Shown here one piece after another: positions 59,981-64,000 of a DNA stretch of 64,000 nucleotides (positions are counted from its first letter, which is position 1; each line of letters begins with the position of its first letter). This DNA comes from an uncultured Gemmatimonadales bacterium (lineage in GTDB: Bacteria > Gemmatimonadota > Gemmatimonadetes > Longimicrobiales > RSA9). The stretch is from contig CAWCUS010000006.1 in assembly GCA_963798845.1 (NCBI GenBank), forward strand, positions 960,001 through 1,024,000. Direction: 5' to 3'. Under the pieces are notes generated by a model. That model made no database searches and had not been told where the DNA came from. It worked only from the letters and a program-made list of their open reading frames with translations. Both the position numbers and the translations under genes were made by a program.

Positions 59981-61237
59981 ATGAACGAGCCGATGAGGGT
60001 GCTGGACTGGCGCTGGGTGCACGGCGCGGCCGTGCTGGGGGTGCTGGGCCTGTTCCTGTTCGAGCTGGGCGACGTGCTATCGCCGCTCGTGCTCTTCGTC
60101 GCGCTGCTGGCGCTCATGACCCCCTACACGGGGAGCACGTTCCACCGCCTGGTGGTGACCACGGCCGCAGTCCTCCTCGCGCTCTGGCTGCTTCGCGCCC
60201 TGGGGACCCTGCTGGCGCCGTTCGTCCTCGCGTTCGTGCTCGCCTACATCCTCGACCCTGCGGTCGACCGTCTGGAGCGGCTCCGCCTCCCGCGGCCGGC
60301 GGCGATCCTCGTCCTCGCGCTCCCGGTCGCGGGCCTGCTGGTGCTCCTCGTGGCGGTGGGGATCCCGGCGCTCACCGCGCAGGTGGAGAGCCTGATCCGA
60401 CGCGCCCCCGAGCTCGTGGACCGAATGGCGCTCTGGATCGAGGGGCTGCGCCAGGGCCTGCTCGGCCTGGACATCCCGTTCGTGGACGAGCGGGAGCTGG
60501 CCGCCCGTCTTCGGACCCTGACGCCGGACCGGGTGACCGCGTATCTCCAGGAGCGGCGGTTGGCCATCGCGCAGCACGGATGGCAGGCCGTCCTGGGACT
60601 CGGGCGTGGGCTGGCCGGCGTCTTCACCGTGATCGGCTATGTCGTGCTGACGCCCGTGCTGACGTTCTACCTCCTGCGCGACTACGACGGGATGATGGCG
60701 CGGCTCAGCACGTACGTGCCCCGGCCGCGTCAGGCCGCGTGGTCCGGCTTCGTGGCCGAGTACGACCTCCTCCTCTCCCGCTACCTCCGCGGGCAGCTCA
60801 TCGAGGCGGCTCTGGTGGGCGTGCTGACCTGGCTCGGCCTCTGGATCGCCGGGTTCCCGTATTCCGGACTGGTCGGCGCGGTGGCCGGCGTGTTCAACCT
60901 GGTGCCGTATCTCGGGCTGGTGGTCAGTCTCGTGCCCGGCCTCATCATCGCCGTGGTCAGCGGCGGGTTCCTGGCGAACCTGCTGAAGCTCGCGCTGGTG
61001 TTCTTCGCCGTGCAGTTCCTGGATGGCAACGTGCTCGGGCCGCGGATCGTGGGCGGCTCCGTCGGGCTGCACCCGGTGTGGGTCATGCTGGCGATCGCGG
61101 TGGCGGCGTTCTTCTTCGGCTTCGTCGGCCTCCTGCTGGCCATTCCCGGCGCCATCCTGATCAAGCTGCTGCTGACATCGGGGCTTCGGCGGTACCGGGA
61201 GTCGGCGCTGTACCTGGGGGAGGCGGAAGGACAATAG
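59981..61237 (+). CDS. AI-2E family transporter
   Basis: LAYILDP, YLRGQ, VPYLG and PRIVG...LHP. Confidence 0.9.
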   Translation: MNEPMRVLDWRWVHGAAVLGVLGLFLFELGDVLSPLVLFVALLALMTPYTGSTFHRLVVTTAAVLLALWLLRALGTLLAPFVLAFVLAYILDPAVDRLERLRLPRPAAILVLALPVAGLLVLLVAVGIPALTAQVESLIRRAPELVDRMALWIEGLRQGLLGLDIPFVDERELAARLRTLTPDRVTAYLQERRLAIAQHGWQAVLGLGRGLAGVFTVIGYVVLTPVLTFYLLRDYDGMMARLSTYVPRPRQAAWSGFVAEYDLLLSRYLRGQLIEAALVGVLTWLGLWIAGFPYSGLVGAVAGVFNLVPYLGLVVSLVPGLIIAVVSGGFLANLLKLALVFFAVQFLDGNVLGPRIVGGSVGLHPVWVMLAIAVAAFFFGFVGLLLAIPGAILIKLLLTSGLRRYRESALYLGEAEGQ

Positions 61238-61380
61238 GGCGGCAGGCCGGCAGGCATGGCGGCGCGATCGGGAATACGGCTTGCATCCTGCGGCGCGCGC
61301 TGCGTCGAGGTTGCCCCACGAACCGCGCCGGGGTAGCATGGCGCCGCAGCTCTCGACTGTATCCCACGGGAAACAAAGAC

Positions 61381-62424
61381 GTGTCCGAAGCAGAACGTCG
61401 CGACATCAACATCATCGGCGGCGGCCCCACCGGGCTGTTCGCCGCGTTCTACGCCGGCATGCGCGGCGCCAGCGTCCGGATCGTCGATTCGTTGCCGGAG
61501 CTGGGCGGACAGCTGATGGCGCTGTATCCCGAGAAGTACATCTACGACGTCGGCGGCTTTCCGCAGATCCTGGGGCGCGACCTCGTGCGCAACCTCGTCG
61601 AGCAGGGCACGCAGTTCGATCCGGAGATCCGGCTCGAGGAGGAGGTGCGCGAGCTGGTGCGCGAGGAGACTGGCTTCACGCTCGTGACGGAACGCGGGAA
61701 GTACCCGAGTCGGGCGCTGATCATCGCGGCCGGGAAGGGTGCCTTCTCGCCCCGCATTCTGGAGTGTCCCGGATACGAAGAGCTGCTCGGCAGGGGGGTG
61801 TCGTACCACGTTCGAGACCCTCGCCTGTATCACGGAAAGCGCGTGCTCATCGTGGGCGGCGGAGACTCGGCCGTGGACTGGGCGCTCGGCCTCAAGGACG
61901 AGACGGAGCGACTCATCCTGATCCACCGCCGCGAGGGCTTCCGCGCCCACGCGCATTCGATGCGTCAGCTGTACGACGCCGTGAGCTCCGGCCGGATCGA
62001 GCTGCTGACGCACCGGGAGGTGCGGGTGATCCATGGTGAAGATTGCGTCGAGGCGGTGACGATCTTCGACAACCGGACCGACGAGGACGAGCGCTTCGAA
62101 GTCGATGCGGTGCTCTCCCTCATCGGCTTCCGCCCCGACCTCGGGCCTCTGGCGGGGTGGGGTCTGGAGCTCGAGCGGAACAGCGTGAAGGTGGCGCCCA
62201 CCATGGCCACCAACATCCCCGGCGTGTTTGCTGCGGGGGACATCACGGCGTACGAGGGGAAGCTGGAGCTGATCGCGACGGGATTCGCAGAGGCGGCGGT
62301 GGCCGTGAACCACGCGGTCCACCACATCGATCCGAAGGCGAGGCTTTCGGCGGGCCATTCGACGAATCTGAAAGTATTCAAGGACCGTGAGGAGCCGCTG
62401 CCGGCAGCCGTCGGCGGCGATTGA
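61381..62424 (+). CDS. Thioredoxin-reductase-type ferredoxin-NADP reductase (YumC-like)
   Basis: IIGGGPTG, GGQLMALYPEKYIYDV, GGGDSAVD, HRR and FAAGD; no CxxC. Confidence 0.9.
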   Translation: MSEAERRDINIIGGGPTGLFAAFYAGMRGASVRIVDSLPELGGQLMALYPEKYIYDVGGFPQILGRDLVRNLVEQGTQFDPEIRLEEEVRELVREETGFTLVTERGKYPSRALIIAAGKGAFSPRILECPGYEELLGRGVSYHVRDPRLYHGKRVLIVGGGDSAVDWALGLKDETERLILIHRREGFRAHAHSMRQLYDAVSSGRIELLTHREVRVIHGEDCVEAVTIFDNRTDEDERFEVDAVLSLIGFRPDLGPLAGWGLELERNSVKVAPTMATNIPGVFAAGDITAYEGKLELIATGFAEAAVAVNHAVHHIDPKARLSAGHSTNLKVFKDREEPLPAAVGGD

Positions 62425-62448
62425 CGACTCGGGCGCCGAGGTCAGGCG

Positions 62449-62844
62449 ATGGGTGAGAAGAGCGGGAAGACAGTGCTGCTCGTGGAAGACAACGAGGACA
62501 ACCTCGTGGTCTACCGAACCATCCTGGAGCACGTGGGCTTCCGCGTGATCGAGGCCCGGGATGGCGAGGAGGGTGTGTCGCGCGCCCGGTCCCAACAGCC
62601 GGACATCATCCTGATGGACATCTCCATCCCGAAGATGGACGGCTGGGAGGCGACGCAGCGCCTGAAGGGCGATGATGCCACTGCCGGCATTCCGATCATC
62701 GCCCTCACCGCCCACGCCCTCGAGGAGGACCGGGTGAAGGCCATGCGCGCCGGGTGCGACGGCTACCTGGCCAAGCCGGTGGAGCCGAGGCGAGTGGTCC
62801 AGGAAGTCGAGAAGTTCATCGGGCCGCCCACCGTGGCCAAGTAG
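62449..62844 (+). CDS. Single-domain response regulator (DivK-like)
   Basis: VEDNEDN, ILMDISIPKMDG, IIALTAHA and KP. Confidence 0.92.
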   Translation: MGEKSGKTVLLVEDNEDNLVVYRTILEHVGFRVIEARDGEEGVSRARSQQPDIILMDISIPKMDGWEATQRLKGDDATAGIPIIALTAHALEEDRVKAMRAGCDGYLAKPVEPRRVVQEVEKFIGPPTVAK

Positions 62845-62922
62845 GCCAGGCCGGCCTCCGCGGGAAGTGCGTTCGCCGTCCGCGGCCAAAACGGCCCGGG
62901 AACGCCGCGGCGGCCACGGTGA

Positions 62923-63534
62923 TCACACAGTCCAGGCGCGCAGCGCGTGCACCACGGCGAGGGCGGCACCCTCCTCGATGGACCGGTCGAGGAGCGCCGC
63001 GCCGGGGAGGTGCGCCTGCGTGCGCCCGGCCGCGGCGTCGATCAGGACGAACACCGCCTGGTGCCCGAACAGGTCCATGATCAAGAGACCTTCCAGACCG
63101 AGGCGATAGGCCGGATCGAAGGCCTCCGCTGCCAGGAGCGCGGCGCGCGCGGCCGCCCGCGCCCGGCCCGACGGGGTGTCGGACTCGGTGGCGCGACCTT
63201 CCGCAGGTCGTATGTCAGAGCGCAGTCGAACGGTGCACGTGACGCGACCTTCGCTGCGGTGAACCTCGAAGCCCTCGAATGAGAAGCGTGGCACCGCCCC
63301 TCTCGGCTGTACGCCGCGGAAGGCGACCGGGACGGCAATGTGGATCCGGTCGAGAGGCGCGGGCGTGCCTCGCTCGTCGAGCAATGCCGCGGTGGCGGCA
63401 CGAAGCGCGTCGGGGTCGGCATCCGGGGTGGTGGCCAGGTAGACGAGCGGGGGTGCGCCGCTTTCGACGAAGATCGTGGCGGCCAGAACACCGGGGAGCC
63501 TTTCGAGGTCGGAAGCGGCGCCGCCCCGAGCCAC
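62923..63534 (-). CDS. Hypothetical protein with LeuA-regulatory-like C-terminal domain
   Basis: Protein-like ORF whose C-terminal 120 aa align by eye with the neighbouring gene. Confidence 0.7.
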   Translation of the reverse strand: MARGGAASDLERLPGVLAATIFVESGAPPLVYLATTPDADPDALRAATAALLDERGTPAPLDRIHIAVPVAFRGVQPRGAVPRFSFEGFEVHRSEGRVTCTVRLRSDIRPAEGRATESDTPSGRARAAARAALLAAEAFDPAYRLGLEGLLIMDLFGHQAVFVLIDAAAGRTQAHLPGAALLDRSIEEGAALAVVHALRAWTV

Positions 63535-63540
63535 GGTTGC

Positions 63541-63999
63541 TCAGGCGCTCCAGCGGTTGGTGGCCTGAAGCGCGGCGAGGATCGCCGCTTCCTCCGGTGA
63601 TCGGGCGAGCGGGGCCGCGCCTGCGAGCGGAACGGTGTTGCGGTCGAGGAGTGCGTGGGCGGCCACGATCACGTAGTTGGCGCCGCGAGCCGCCGCGATC
63701 ACCGCGCCCTCGAGCTCCAACCGGAGATCCGGCCGCGCCTGCTCGAGCGCGTTGAACACGGCCCTTGCCGCGGCTTCCGCCCGCCCCGGCGCCGTGTCGG
63801 CGCCGGAGCTGGTGCCGATGATCTCGCGCCCGTGCGCGATGAGCGTCACATCACAGGTGCAGTACTCAGCGTCGCGGCGCGCCTCGAAGCGGACGAACTC
63901 CACCCGCGCGGGGGTGGACTCCGGGGCCGGCTGCCGGTCGCCCGGCGACTGTGCCGGCTCGCCCTCGTCGCCCACGAGCGCGCCGAGGGCGGGGCTCAG
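63541..63999 (-). CDS. Hypothetical protein, paralog of 62923..63534; 5' end probably outside the window
   Basis: Frame stays open to the window edge; ends AAILAALQATNRWSA. Confidence 0.7.
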   Translation of the reverse strand: MSPALGALVGDEGEPAQSPGDRQPAPESTPARVEFVRFEARRDAEYCTCDVTLIAHGREIIGTSSGADTAPGRAEAAARAVFNALEQARPDLRLELEGAVIAAARGANYVIVAAHALLDRNTVPLAGAAPLARSPEEAAILAALQATNRWSA

Positions 64000-64000
64000 G

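Overview
A very GC-rich bacterial chromosomal segment. Gene content and the lineage-type hypothetical proteins suggest Gemmatimonadota (inference, no search run). In order it holds: a TetR-led ABC/HlyD/TolC efflux operon; a DUF302 gene; a chemosensory cluster (cheA, cheY, cheW, MCP, HEAT-repeat protein, cheR, cheB, hybrid kinase); an ECF sigma/anti-sigma pair with two exported HEAT-repeat proteins; and housekeeping genes (mrdA, leuB-like, thiolase, hydroxyacyl-CoA dehydrogenase, ssb, M16 peptidase, crotonase, recF-DUF721-gyrB, rsgA, rho, mlaEFD, lysC-asd, ferredoxin-NADP reductase). I saw no rRNA, tRNA, transposase or CRISPR array. The most interesting signals are in small or non-coding DNA. 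(1) A self-contained unit of about 300 nt at 5054-5390 has a promoter, a 14-nt perfect anti-16S Shine-Dalgarno, a 21-codon ORF buried in a long fold-back and a terminator. (2) An oriC-like region at about 36850-37220 has 2-bp-spaced DnaA boxes and an IHF-like site. It is flanked by two divergent genes sharing an unnamed domain and by a ribbon-helix-helix-like gene, with no dnaA in the window. (3) Two polarised arrays of one 25-26 bp hairpin repeat family lie at 43838-44120 and 56905-57204. (4) Three +1 frameshifts all fall in the same CAT(T)C context, and ssb has a homopolymer frameshift; these are most likely long-read assembly errors.
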